From Candidatus Latescibacterota bacterium (lineage in GTDB: Bacteria; Latescibacterota; UBA2968): 64,000 nt of DNA. The stretch is from positions 1,184,001 through 1,248,000 of the forward strand of contig OZ240241.1 of assembly GCA_965198115.1 (NCBI GenBank), read 5' to 3'. The notes beneath the pieces are model-generated. The model had not been told where the DNA came from, did no database searches, and was given only the letters and a program-made list of their open reading frames with translations. Positions 1 through 10,002 of the stretch are shown here, piece by piece. Position 1 is the first letter of the stretch, and every line of letters starts with the position of its first letter. The position numbers were made by a program, and so were the translations under genes.

Positions 1-734
1 CGACACATGTTGAGGTCACCGTTTCGATCGGTGAACGCGTCGAGGTTATAGCCGCCGACACGTCTCAGTATCTTCGGATACCGGCGGTCGATCTCCTGCT
101 CGTGTAATCTCGCGAGCCGAATGACTTCTCGAAAAATCTGACCTTCCAGGTCTTTCTGCTCCATCTTCGCACCGACCTGGGCCTTCGACATGCTCGACCA
201 TTGGGCCGTCGTGCCGTCCGACAGAATAAGATTCAGTGCGATGACGTGATCGATCGTCTTGCCGTACTTGACGGAATGTGCGCCTGCCGAGTTGTTTGAA
301 ACCATTCCACCGATCGTGGCCCGGCTGCTGGTCGCCACGTCGGGGGCAAAATGGAGACCGTGCGGCTTTAGAAACGCGTTGAGTTCGTCCAGAACGACGC
401 CAGGCTGAACCCGGACCCACCGTTCCTCGGCGTTGAACTCGAGGACCTCGTTCATGTACTTGGAAAAGTCGATGATGAGACCGGTTCCGACGGTTTGCCC
501 GGCTAGGCCCGTTCCCCCACCCCTTGCCACAATCGGAATCTGGAGCCGGTTGGCTGCGCCGACTGCAACGAGCACATCGTCCACGTGCTTGGGAAGCACG
601 ACCCCAAGAGGCTGCATCTGATACATGCTGGCGTCGGTGCTGTAAAGAATCCGGGTCGCCGCGTCACACCGGAATTCACCGGCCAGGCGTCCATTAAGCG
701 AGGCTTCGAGCTTCTGAAGCGATGAGTCGTTCAT
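1..734 (-). CDS. FAD-linked oxidoreductase (GlcD/YdiJ-like), 5' part; runs off the window edge
   Basis: Not in the ORF track. Hand translation from ATG at 734 gives MNDSSLQKL...LYSTDASMYQ...ARGGGTGLAGQ...VQPGVVLDELN...ATIGGMVSNNSAG, the FAD_binding_4 motifs. Confidence 0.9.
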   Translation of the reverse strand, partial: MNDSSLQKLEASLNGRLAGEFRCDAATRILYSTDASMYQMQPLGVVLPKHVDDVLVAVGAANRLQIPIVARGGGTGLAGQTVGTGLIIDFSKYMNEVLEFNAEERWVRVQPGVVLDELNAFLKPHGLHFAPDVATSSRATIGGMVSNNSAGAHSVKYGKTIDHVIALNLILSDGTTAQWSSMSKAQVGAKMEQKDLEGQIFREVIRLARLHEQEIDRRYPKILRRVGGYNLDAFTDRNGDLNMC

Positions 735-902
735 TCAGAGGACTCCGGTCAGGTGCACGTCAGAAGCTGAATCTATCAATAAAGAACGCAATTAGTAGTT
801 CTTGACTTTCTATCTTGCCTGTTTTATTGTTTGGAATGTCATGAACGGGACCCGACTGAATTTCTGGCGCAACTTCAAACCCCCAATAGAAAGGTCAAGT
901 AA

Positions 903-1040
903 ATGCCGAAAACACCACCGAAACCGTCTAAGAAACCGCCCAAGAAGCCGCCCAAGAAACCACCTAACCAGCGCATCAATATTCGAGCATCCCAGAAGCC
1001 CATAGAATCAAAAAAATCACCGAAGAACAGAAAGAAATGA
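903..1040 (+). CDS. Possible 45-aa Lys/Pro-rich peptide inside the IS
   Basis: Hand translation gives MPKTPPKPSKKPPKKPPKKPPNQRINIRASQKPIESKKSPKNRKK*. AAGG lies upstream, and a 12-bp repeat encodes KKPP. Confidence 0.35.
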   Translation: MPKTPPKPSKKPPKKPPKKPPNQRINIRASQKPIESKKSPKNRKK

Positions 1041-1461
1041 TAGCACAAATGTAAAACCACCATTTTCGATTTATGGTTTTAACATTCTCTAGCATTGCTT
1101 CACCTGCGTTCTGGATCGTGTCTTTCTTGAACTCCAAGCATGATGAAGATGAAGATGAAGAAAGATAATGTTCAAAGAGCGTAGAAGGATCAATTTGCTG
1201 TATATGGCCATGTGCGCATCCAATCAAACAAAGACCTATCGAGAGCAAAAGAGAACCTGCCACCCAAAGAAAATCAGTCTCCATATGTAAATCCAGTGCT
1301 TTTAACGCCACAGGAAAAGCCAATACCGACGGGAGCAACAAGGCTAGCAACTTCTGAAGGCGAAGATTCATTGCATCCAACAACTTCTGTGCAACTTCAT
1401 AAGAATTGACAGCCAACTCATAGATCAAATCTACAGACGGAAATTCTTTCTCGTCATTCAT
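976..1461 (-). CDS. IS passenger: 3-TM membrane protein of unknown function
   Basis: ATG overlaps the transposase stop (ATGA, 1461-1458). Three hydrophobic segments; AT-rich relative to the host. Confidence 0.8.
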   Translation of the reverse strand: MNDEKEFPSVDLIYELAVNSYEVAQKLLDAMNLRLQKLLALLLPSVLAFPVALKALDLHMETDFLWVAGSLLLSIGLCLIGCAHGHIQQIDPSTLFEHYLSSSSSSSCLEFKKDTIQNAGEAMLENVKTINRKWWFYICAIISFCSSVIFLILWASGMLEY

Positions 1462-2345
1462 GCGAAGCATCCTTTCACGAAGGAATCAAACGCCCGCTTG
1501 TTCTTCCGGTTGTTGTATTTGTAGCACGCCTCAGCCACGTAGAGCGGTGTAAACCGCTTCGAGTAGTGATGGTGGGAACCATACCAGGCTCTCTTGAGCA
1601 AAGACCACACGCCCTCGATGGTGTTCGTATGAATGTCGCCGTCCGAATAGTGTCTCGCGTGCTGAATCACCGCGTGATTCATGATGCGACGGACGACATT
1701 GTAGACCCCATATTCGTCCGTGATGAGCCTGGACCCGTCAGGATCGATGGCACGCCTGATGAACTGCAACACACCCTTACCCGAGAGATCATCCGCAACC
1801 TCGGCCACGACCTTCCCTGAACGCTCCACGGCTCCGATTACAGCCGTTTTCTTCGTACCCCGCCCCCTGGGGTTCTGCTCGTCATCGTCGCGCTTGTTGC
1901 GCTTCCTGGGCCGCCCACCGACGTAGGTCTCGTCGGCCTCGATGATACCACGAAGTATGATTTTCCCCTGCTTGCTGGCCATTTCTGATCGGATACGCTG
2001 TTGCATGTACCATGCTGTCTTCTGGTTCAGGCTCAGATCGCGGGCGAGCTGTGGACTGGACAGGCTTTTCTTTGCGTTCACGATAAGGGCAACAGCGGCA
2101 AACCATTTCGGCAAAGGAATGTGCGTACCCTGAAACATCGTACCTGTCAACACGTTGAACGTTGACTTGCACGCGTGGCAATTCCAGCGGTTTACGTGCT
2201 TCGTCTCGCTCTTGCGGGCACACTCGTCTACCACGCCGCATCGGGGACAGAACGGATCATCTCCGAATCGGACCTTTTCCAGATGATCGATACACGCCTG
2301 CTGTGTCGGGAACTCTTTTGCTATGGTCATAAGGTCCATTCTCAA
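1458..2345 (-). CDS. IS1595-family (ISXO2-like) DDE transposase
   Basis: N-terminal Zn ribbon (CPRCG...CHAC), HTH region, and motifs IEADETYVGG, LITDE, HTNTIEGVWSLLKR. Confidence 0.95.
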   Translation of the reverse strand: MRMDLMTIAKEFPTQQACIDHLEKVRFGDDPFCPRCGVVDECARKSETKHVNRWNCHACKSTFNVLTGTMFQGTHIPLPKWFAAVALIVNAKKSLSSPQLARDLSLNQKTAWYMQQRIRSEMASKQGKIILRGIIEADETYVGGRPRKRNKRDDDEQNPRGRGTKKTAVIGAVERSGKVVAEVADDLSGKGVLQFIRRAIDPDGSRLITDEYGVYNVVRRIMNHAVIQHARHYSDGDIHTNTIEGVWSLLKRAWYGSHHHYSKRFTPLYVAEACYKYNNRKNKRAFDSFVKGCFA

Positions 2346-2431
2346 CCCCTTAGTGATTGTTTTTACAACTATTTAAATATACTCAATCACAAGGGGAAGT
2401 CAAGTCAAAAACTACTAATTGCGATAAAGAA

Positions 2432-2458
2432 AGCGCCCGGCAACGAATGCCGGGCGCT
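2432..2458 (-). terminator. Intrinsic terminator; its U-tail is the IS target site
   Basis: Hairpin AGCGCCCGGCA-N5-TGCCGGGCGCT followed by TTCTTT on the minus strand. Confidence 0.75.
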
Positions 2459-2481
2459 CAGTAGGGGTCGATCGTGCTCGA

Positions 2482-3240
2482 TTACGACCTTCTTCCAGAT
2501 TTGCTTCGATTTTTAACCTCTTTGGGATCGACCTTCTCGAAGTGACGCCCTGACACGAATTCGGAGGGCTCCTCAACGCGTTCTGCAGAGTTCGCGAGAG
2601 GGGCGAACCCGCCCGACGCAGGAGCCGGTGGTTTCGGATCCGGCTGCGGGGGCGTTGTTTTCCTCTCGGTCGCGCGAGCGGCTTGCGGGCGCGCTTTCGC
2701 TCGGAACGATTCCTTCGATTCGTTCGTCTCGGCTGATCCTCCGTCGACTGCCCAATTGACCGACCTCACGGTCTGGGCGTCTCCCGAAGTTTCAGAAACA
2801 GGTGCCTTCTTCGGATGCTCTTGGGCTGACGTAGCGGGTGCGGCTTGGGCCCACGAAACCGTTTCAACCCCTGATACCTTCACGGGCCGGTGCAGTTCTT
2901 CCTCTATTTCGTCGGCGGAGATCGGAAGTTCGAGTAAACGTGCACCCCTGGCTTCTATTCTGCGACGTGTCAAGTCCCCGACGTTCCCCGACAGGTGGGT
3001 CGCAACGGGGATCGCGCCGTGCTCGCGAGACTCGGCCAGTGCACGCGCGAACCCGAAGTCTTCGCTACAGTAGAGCAGAACGTTGATCAGGATGAGATCG
3101 GGAGGGCGGGAGTGAATCCGACGCAGGGCCTGCACGCAATCGGAGACGACGTTCAGTTCGTTTCGCGTCCGGTATCTGATGATCCCGCTAAGAGACCGAA
3201 TGTGTTCGGGATTACTGTCAACCAGGAGGATGTCAGCCAT
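2482..3240 (-). CDS. Pseudo-receiver domain protein with a long low-complexity tail
   Basis: MADILLVDSN...PPDLILIN matches the receiver fold, but the phosphoacceptor Asp is Asn and the KP motif is missing. Start moved to ATG 3240. Confidence 0.75.
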   Translation of the reverse strand: MADILLVDSNPEHIRSLSGIIRYRTRNELNVVSDCVQALRRIHSRPPDLILINVLLYCSEDFGFARALAESREHGAIPVATHLSGNVGDLTRRRIEARGARLLELPISADEIEEELHRPVKVSGVETVSWAQAAPATSAQEHPKKAPVSETSGDAQTVRSVNWAVDGGSAETNESKESFRAKARPQAARATERKTTPPQPDPKPPAPASGGFAPLANSAERVEEPSEFVSGRHFEKVDPKEVKNRSKSGRRS

Positions 3241-3248
3241 CTCAGCCT

Positions 3249-4399
3249 CTATCGTTCGCGATCGACGGCGATGCGGTCCCTCAAGATGGCGGCCAGACGT
3301 GTTCTCGCTACGCCCCGGATGTCCTCGTCGGTATCGAAGGAGAGCTGCCGCAGCGCCTCCGGAACGGTATTCACGTTCTTGATGACCGCCTGACGGACCT
3401 TGAGGGTGGGATCTTCCGCCAGTTTGATGATGCCCGGATCGGGAAGATTGGGGTGTTCTGCGATGCCCATTCGGACGTTCACACTCGTATCGAAGATCAT
3501 GCCCAACAGCAAGGCCGGTGAGCACCCGGGGTTCTTAGCTACCTCGATACGAATCGCCTCATCCCGATCTACTGAAAATCGGCCAGAACGTGAAGGGGAG
3601 CAACCGGATTTCCAGCGACGGCCAGTCGAACGGGCCGTTCGTTGTCTTTGGCGAGCGATTCCAGTTCACGGGGCCTGGTGTTTTCGTTCATCGCGACGTG
3701 TCTGCGGGCGGCCGGAGAAATATCCGTGTGGAGGATAGTCAAGACCTCCTCGTCCATATTCGGATTGCTCGCCAACCCGACCCGGACGACCTCGGCATAG
3801 TCCTCTGCGAGTGTTTTGAGTGCGGGAACAGAGGTCTGCTCGTTGTAGACCATCAGGCCCTGCCGACGTCTCTTGACTTCGAAAGCCTGGAACCGATCCG
3901 CGATCTTCCAAAAAAAGCCGGGCTCCACGGTCTCGATTTCGGTACTGCTCGTAAGAAAGATCCCTTTTCGACCGAACGCACGACCCAACTCGACGAGGGC
4001 GCCGCCTCCTTCGTCCAGGTCCTTGACGAAGGTCGTATCGATTTCGAACAGAAAGCGAGAATTCCGTGCGACGCCCCATCGGACCGTTGGATTCGGATCT
4101 CTTCCCAAACTCTGGAGAGAGGTTGCAGGTGTATATGGATTGAACGCGACGTAAAACCGAACACCCGCATCCTCATCTTTGGCGAGCGGAACGAGGACGC
4201 GAGGATTCTTCGTGCGTCTGGCTCGCTCCTTCTGCTCTTCGTTCAGCTGATCGGATTGCTGGAGGAGGCGCAGGAATTCCTGATCGGTGATCAGGTCGGG
4301 GTCCCGTCTCAACTGAGCATCCGAGGGAATCGAGCCCGCAAGGAGCAGGCTTGCCGCAGCCGTTAGAACAATGCGTACTGTTTCCCGCCTCGGCGGCAC
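3249..4399 (-). CDS. Secreted LRV/HEAT-repeat protein, frameshifted near 3576
   Basis: LAxD...VRxxVAxNP repeats occur in both ORFs (3569-4399 and 3249-3512). Adding one T to TTTT gives ...LADFSVDRDEAIRIEVAKNPG... and joins them. Confidence 0.8.
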
Positions 4400-4639
4400 G
4401 ATCTACCCTTTCGGTTCGTCAAACAAGGTGGACAATGTGGCCTAAATCTCGATTTTTCAGGATGCTAAGGAGATTGTATGGCCTTCTCCCGTATGTGTCA
4501 ATCACCAAGGGTGCAAATGACGCGCCAGACGGACCCGATTAATAGCCGAACAGGGCCAATTTCCTTGACTCTCCTGGGGGCGTTTCTTACTCTTGGCGCG
4601 GCGTGTCATTCCTCCCCGTTCCTCTCAGAAAGCGACAAA

Positions 4640-5887
4640 ATGGCCTCCCTTGCATCGATTGAAACACTCGCCATCGACGGCGGTACACCCGTCCGAGACA
4701 CCCAGAAACGGCCCTGGCCCGCGTGGCCGAACAACTCCGAGTCCAATTGGGAGGCGGAAATCGAGCCAGCGCTTCGTGAAGTTTACACGAGCCGCTCGGA
4801 GGGTCTTCCCGCGACTCAGTGCGAGTCCTTCGGGTCGGCGTTCGCCGCCTACTGCGATGGTCGATATGGAATCATCATGCCCCACGGCACCGATGCGATT
4901 TCTGCAGCGCTTGCCGGCGCACTCGACCTAGACGGAATTGGCGAGGGTGGCGAGGTCATCATTCCAAACTATACGTTCATCGCCACAGCCAGCGCCCCGA
5001 TCTCGGTGCGTTGTTCGCTCGCGCTCGTCGACATCGATCCACAGAGCTTCACGATCCTGCCCGAAGCGATCGAAGCGGCCATCACGAGCCAGACTCGCGC
5101 CATCATCCCGGTCCACCTGGGCGGTCACCCGGCGGACATGGACCCAATCAACGCAATCGCGAAGAAGCACGACCTGTTCGTGATAGAAGACTGTGCTCAA
5201 GCGCACGGGGCAGAGTATCGTGGCAAAAAAGTCGGCGCACTCGGCCACGTCGGTGCATTCAGCTTTCAGTCGAGCAAAAACCTGACGTCAGGAGAAGGCG
5301 GGTGTCTGATCACGGACGACGTCGACATTCGGGACCGAGCCTATGCCTTCAAAGACGTGGGACGGCGACCCGGTGGGGAACGCTGGGAATACCCGCGTCT
5401 GGGCTGGAACTATCGAACCTCCGAGTATCTGGCAGCCATCCTGCTGAAGCGTCTACCCGACTTGGAATCGCAGACTCGCAGGAGGAACGAGAACGCGAAA
5501 TTCCTTTCAGATGAGCTTGGCAAGATCGACGGAATCACTCCGCCCTCATCGAAGGACTACGTCACACGTCACGGCTATCATCTCTACATAATGCAATACG
5601 ATCCATCGGCATTCGGCGGCAAAACGCGCGACCAGTTCCTCGACGCGTTGCGGGGCGAAGGCATCACCAGTTCGCCCGGCTATCAACGTCCACTGACGGA
5701 CGAGGGCGCACTGAAAACAGTCGCCGAACGGTATCCACACATGGTGCGGCGAATGCCGTGTCCAAACGTGGAGCACGTATCCTCGCACAGCATCTGGCTC
5801 TACCAGTCGATGCTGCTCGCCGACCACGAAGACCTCGAAGACATCGTCGAGGCGGTCGTAAAGATCCAATCAGCTTTTACCGAATGA
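4640..5887 (+). CDS. DegT/DnrJ/EryC1/StrS-family PLP aminotransferase
   Basis: Motifs LAIDGGTP, YTFIAT, IEDCAQAHG, FSFQSSKNL (PLP Lys), GEGG, GWNYR. Confidence 0.93.
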   Translation: MASLASIETLAIDGGTPVRDTQKRPWPAWPNNSESNWEAEIEPALREVYTSRSEGLPATQCESFGSAFAAYCDGRYGIIMPHGTDAISAALAGALDLDGIGEGGEVIIPNYTFIATASAPISVRCSLALVDIDPQSFTILPEAIEAAITSQTRAIIPVHLGGHPADMDPINAIAKKHDLFVIEDCAQAHGAEYRGKKVGALGHVGAFSFQSSKNLTSGEGGCLITDDVDIRDRAYAFKDVGRRPGGERWEYPRLGWNYRTSEYLAAILLKRLPDLESQTRRRNENAKFLSDELGKIDGITPPSSKDYVTRHGYHLYIMQYDPSAFGGKTRDQFLDALRGEGITSSPGYQRPLTDEGALKTVAERYPHMVRRMPCPNVEHVSSHSIWLYQSMLLADHEDLEDIVEAVVKIQSAFTE

Positions 5888-6227
5888 CTCAGGCCGAGGC
5901 ACAGCCGAAAAACGTACGGATTCTGATCGTCGAGGATGACGAAGACATGCGGGGGCTCCTCGTAGAGACGGTCAATCGCTTGGGGTATTCTGCGACGGCT
6001 ACCGAAAAGGCGAAAGAGGCCCTGGCGTCGATCGAGCGAGGCGACATCGACCTGGTCATGCTCGACTTGAAGATGCCGGGCGTCGGGGGTCTGGATCTTC
6101 TGAAAGTCATACGTCGGCGTCAGTTCCCGATTCCTGTCATTGTCGTTTCGGGATTCATATCCGAAGACATTGCCAAAACCCTGGCGGCCACGGGTGTTCA
6201 GGGCATGGTCGCCAAGCCTTTTAAAAA

Positions 6228-7647
6228 GGCTATATCCGGATCTCTCAACGAGATGAAGTGGGTGAAGGTGCCGTGGTTCCTGGCATGGGGGCGCGGTTAG
6301 CGTGTGCGGAACCTCTTCGGAATCTGCTCAGGGATGTTTATGTCTCCGACGGTAAGGAAGATCATATCGTTGAATGCGTCGAGTGTGCGGAATCCGCTGG
6401 CTCGGTTCTTGACGATTTGGACGATTCGGTTGAGGCCTTCGGCGATGGCGTTGGTAAGACGCGTGTTCACGAATGCGAGGACGCCGAAGAAGTGCTGTCG
6501 CAGGGTCCTGACGAACTTTCGCAGGGGTTCAAGTCGACTTCTGAGTGCGGACGTCGTCCAGCATTTCAGGAAGCGTTCGGCAGCCCAGGGCGCTTTGTAT
6601 TCCCAGAACTGCTCGAACTCGTCCTTGAGTCTCCAGGCTCTATAGATTCGGTAGTTCGCCTTCTCCAGTGCTTTGAGTGTCCGAGTATCCCCTCTGGAGC
6701 GTGTCGCTGAGTGCCGGTAGAGGAGCCATCGGAGGCCCTTCATGGCTTTGCGCTCATCCGGGGCAGCTTTACGCCACTGGTCCTTACGGACCTCGTCAAC
6801 GGCGGCATTGAGAGCCTTGACGATGTGAAAGCGATCGAGGACCAGCTTGGCATTCGGACAGTGTTCCTGGATGGCTCCGATGTAAGCTTCGCTCATGTCG
6901 CAGCAGGCCCACTCGATCTTGGATCTCCGGTAGGGACTGAGAGCCTCTGTGAAGAACCGATCGATCGTTTTACGCGCCCTGCCGCGGCCAACCCACACCA
7001 CGCAGGAGCGGTCCAGATCGTAAACGAGCGTGGCGTACCTGTGACGCTTGGCGTAGGAGATCTCGTCGATCCCGATGGTTTTGAGCCCTCGGATACGATG
7101 ACCTTCACGAAGCCGCGTGATGGATCGGTGAAGGAGATCCGACAGCGTCGAGGCAGAGATGCGCAGTAACTCGGACGCCGCCTTCTGCGTCATGGTCTGG
7201 CAGTAGCGCAGCATGGCATACTCGAAGCGATACGTCACCCGAGAGAACCGCTCCGCCCACGGAATCTCCTCGACCACACGACCGTGGGTAGGACACCGAA
7301 TCTCCCGAGGATGGTAGAGAAGCCAGACCCTCCACCCGCACACCGGAATGTCACGCCACCGACGCGGATGGGGCATTGTGCGGACGATTTTACCTCGACG
7401 GCCGCACTCCGGACAACAACAACCATTCTTATGTGGCTTTACGGCGATGACGAAACAGCTTCTCCCCTCAAACCACCAGCTGACAACACGGAACCCCTTG
7501 AATCTCAGCAGTTTCGATAGTAATCTGCTCCCGGTCATAGGTCGCACCCCCTTCGCTTTGATTGTCCTACACACACAACCAAGCGTAGGGAACGATCTAT
7601 GACCTTGTCATTCTATAGTTTCACCGTTGAGAAACCCGGATAGAGCC
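6228..7647 (-). mobile_element. ISL3-family insertion sequence
   Basis: Imperfect IRs GGCT(A/C)TATCCGG(A/G)T(C/T)TCTCAACG. 8-bp TSD TTTAAAAA at 6220-6227 and 7648-7655. Confidence 0.95.
6297..7538 (-). CDS. ISL3-family transposase
   Basis: Zn finger CPECG, plus IGIDEIS, CCDMS, LDRFHIV and TNAIAEGLN. Confidence 0.95.
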   Translation of the reverse strand: MTGSRLLSKLLRFKGFRVVSWWFEGRSCFVIAVKPHKNGCCCPECGRRGKIVRTMPHPRRWRDIPVCGWRVWLLYHPREIRCPTHGRVVEEIPWAERFSRVTYRFEYAMLRYCQTMTQKAASELLRISASTLSDLLHRSITRLREGHRIRGLKTIGIDEISYAKRHRYATLVYDLDRSCVVWVGRGRARKTIDRFFTEALSPYRRSKIEWACCDMSEAYIGAIQEHCPNAKLVLDRFHIVKALNAAVDEVRKDQWRKAAPDERKAMKGLRWLLYRHSATRSRGDTRTLKALEKANYRIYRAWRLKDEFEQFWEYKAPWAAERFLKCWTTSALRSRLEPLRKFVRTLRQHFFGVLAFVNTRLTNAIAEGLNRIVQIVKNRASGFRTLDAFNDMIFLTVGDINIPEQIPKRFRTR

Positions 7648-7786
7648 TTTAAAAAGGACCGTCTTGCCGAGGAGCTCGAGCGCGTTGCGACGCGATACTT
7701 TGGAAATTGATCGACCTCTGCGAGAGAAACCAAGCACGGCCGGGCAACTTTGCCCGGCCTTTCGTTTTGGTGCCCTCAAGCGTGGC

Positions 7787-10000
7787 ATGTGGACATTCTG
7801 TGTCCTTCTTCTGCCCGTCTGCGGCCCTGAGACTCCGTCGTCAAGAGCCACAGACGACGTCACCGCCAACCGCCAAAACAGGCTGAGCCTTGAGACCTCA
7901 CCCTATTTACGCCAGCACGCTCACAATCCCGTGGACTGGTACCCTTGGGGTCCGGAGGCGCTCGAACGGGCGAAGCACGAGGACAGACCCATCTTCCTGT
8001 CGATCGGCTACTCATCGTGCTACTGGTGCCACGTGATGGAAAGGGAAGTATTTGAGAATCCGACGATCGCCGCGCGAATGAACACCCTGTTCGTGAACAT
8101 CAAGGTCGATCGTGAGGAACGGCCAGACCTGGATGCCATTTACATGACTGCGACCCAACTCCTGTCGGGCCACGGAGGGTGGCCCAATTCGATCTTCCTG
8201 ACGCCCGATCTCAAACCGTTCTTCGCCGGGACTTACTTCCCACCGACCGACCAGCGCGGCAGACCCGGGTTCGATCGCGTCATCGAAGCGGTGCACGGCT
8301 TTTGGGCAACACGCCGCGAGGACGTACTGGCACAGGCCGACGAGGTCGCACTCGCGATTCGTCGCGTTCACGAACAAAAAACCGCGTCCGTCGATCTGAA
8401 CACTCAGTTCCTGGAGAAAGCGAACGTCCATCTGCAAGAAACGTTCGATGCGATCCACGGGGGGTTCGGACAGGCCCCCAAATTCCCCCCCGACTCTTCG
8501 CTCGACTTGCTCTTTCACGTTTACGATCGACGTGGAGACCCGCAGGCACTGAGCATGGTGACACGAACGCTCGATGCGATGCACCGCGGCGGGATCTATG
8601 ACCAGGTGGGCGGTGGATTCCACCGATACGCGACAGATACGCAGTGGCGGATCCCGCACTTCGAAAAGATGCTCTACACGCAGGCCCTTCTCGTGCGCGC
8701 ATATCTTCGAGGCTATGTGCTCACGGGCAAACCGGCCTATCGCCGGGCAGTTGAGGAGACGCTCGAGTTCGTTCTCAGGGAGATGAGGCACCCCTCGGGT
8801 GGATTTTTCACGGCGCTGGATGCGGAAACGAACACGGTCGAAGGGGCATACTACGTTTGGAGTATTGACGAGATCACGTCGGTGATCAGCCGAATCGACT
8901 TCGACGAGCTGTTCGATCTGGAACCGCTCGAGGACCTCAGGGGTGTACTTTATCGCAAGTCGAATGCGACCTTCGACGTATCGGCCATCAAGGGCCTCCT
9001 GGCCCTGCGACAGCAGAGAGAAAGACCCAGACTGGACGAAAAGATCATAACGGGTTGGAACGGGCTTATGATCACGGCTTTCGCCGAAGCTCATCAGGTG
9101 CTGGGTCATGCCGACTACCTGGATGTGGCAGTCGAGGCATGGGAGTACCTCCAGCGCAACCATCTGCGGCCCGATGGACGACTCGTCCGTTCGTCGATGG
9201 AGATGGTTCCGGGCGGGTCCGCGTTCCACGAAGACTATGCTTACACCGTCCAGGCCCTGTTGACGCTGTTTCGCGTCACGAATGACCCGACTTTTCTGGA
9301 CGCCGCGAAGCGATTCGCCCAGATCGAGGTTGAGCTTTTCTGGGATGGGTCAGGAGGATTCTTCTTTTCTGAAGGCGAAGACGTGATCGCTCGACGAAAG
9401 GCGATTCGGGACTCGGCGATTCCCTCCCCGAACAGCGTATCGATTCAGAACCTGATCGTGTTCGCCCGCGCGACTGGCGACACGACCTATCTGAATCGAG
9501 CGGGGCGGGCCCTTCGGTCGTTCGCATCAGCGTTGGAGCGGTCGCCTGGAAACCTCCCCAGGATGGTCGTCGCCGGGGATGTTTATCTTCAGGCGGTCGA
9601 GGATCTTGCCCGTCGGGTCGGTGTGCGGCTATTGAGCGCGGAACGGGCTGGTGACACGAACTGGCGAGTCACATTGCAGGTCGAGATCGCCCCGGGCTGG
9701 CACATCCAAGCCCACACGACTCGTGCGCCCTACCTGGCGGCAGCAATCGAATCCGTCGGCAACCTCCGAATCGTCGACGTCTACTATCCGGAGGCGGAAG
9801 CGTTCAATCCTGGATTCGAGGATAGCCCCCTGCCCGTCTATTCCGGCCGCACTCGCATCCCCGTCGTCGTAGACATTCCGCCCGGAACCACCCGGCGAAA
9901 GCTGGTTCTGTCCTACCAGGCGTGCGACGAAGCGCGCTGTCTGCCTCCGAACCGGGCCGTCGTTGATTTGGAGCGAGCAACAATTGCGGGTGATCTCTGA
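7787..10000 (+). CDS. YyaL/SSP411 (DUF255) thioredoxin-domain protein with a C-terminal DsbD-N-like domain
   Basis: [39 protein letters not shown]; C-terminal [12 protein letters not shown]. Start is uncertain. Confidence 0.92.
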   Translation: MWTFCVLLLPVCGPETPSSRATDDVTANRQNRLSLETSPYLRQHAHNPVDWYPWGPEALERAKHEDRPIFLSIGYSSCYWCHVMEREVFENPTIAARMNTLFVNIKVDREERPDLDAIYMTATQLLSGHGGWPNSIFLTPDLKPFFAGTYFPPTDQRGRPGFDRVIEAVHGFWATRREDVLAQADEVALAIRRVHEQKTASVDLNTQFLEKANVHLQETFDAIHGGFGQAPKFPPDSSLDLLFHVYDRRGDPQALSMVTRTLDAMHRGGIYDQVGGGFHRYATDTQWRIPHFEKMLYTQALLVRAYLRGYVLTGKPAYRRAVEETLEFVLREMRHPSGGFFTALDAETNTVEGAYYVWSIDEITSVISRIDFDELFDLEPLEDLRGVLYRKSNATFDVSAIKGLLALRQQRERPRLDEKIITGWNGLMITAFAEAHQVLGHADYLDVAVEAWEYLQRNHLRPDGRLVRSSMEMVPGGSAFHEDYAYTVQALLTLFRVTNDPTFLDAAKRFAQIEVELFWDGSGGFFFSEGEDVIARRKAIRDSAIPSPNSVSIQNLIVFARATGDTTYLNRAGRALRSFASALERSPGNLPRMVVAGDVYLQAVEDLARRVGVRLLSAERAGDTNWRVTLQVEIAPGWHIQAHTTRAPYLAAAIESVGNLRIVDVYYPEAEAFNPGFEDSPLPVYSGRTRIPVVVDIPPGTTRRKLVLSYQACDEARCLPPNRAVVDLERATIAGDL

Positions 10001-10002
10001 AT

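Larger units (their letters stand above)
787..2423 (-). mobile_element. IS1595-family element carrying a passenger gene
   Basis: 22-bp terminal IRs CGCAATTAGTAGTT(C/T)TTGACTT (787-808 and 2402-2423, one mismatch). 8-bp TSD ATAAAGAA at 779-786 and 2424-2431. Contains the transposase. Confidence 0.95.
5884..7710 (+). pseudogene. Single-domain response regulator interrupted by ISL3
   Basis: ILIVEDD, DLVMLDLKMP and AKPF precede the IS. Removing the IS and one TSD restores [22 protein letters not shown] (stop 7708-7710). Confidence 0.9.

Noticed and set aside
909-969. CRISPR-like repeat array
   Set aside because: These are 12-bp tandem units without spacers, and no cas genes are present. I saw no CRISPR array, rRNA or tRNA anywhere in the window.
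8012-9229. Long antisense or alternate-frame ORFs (also 18435-19586, 27479-28546, 34647-35873)
   Set aside because: Shadow ORFs of well-supported genes in GC-rich DNA, with no recognisable motifs.
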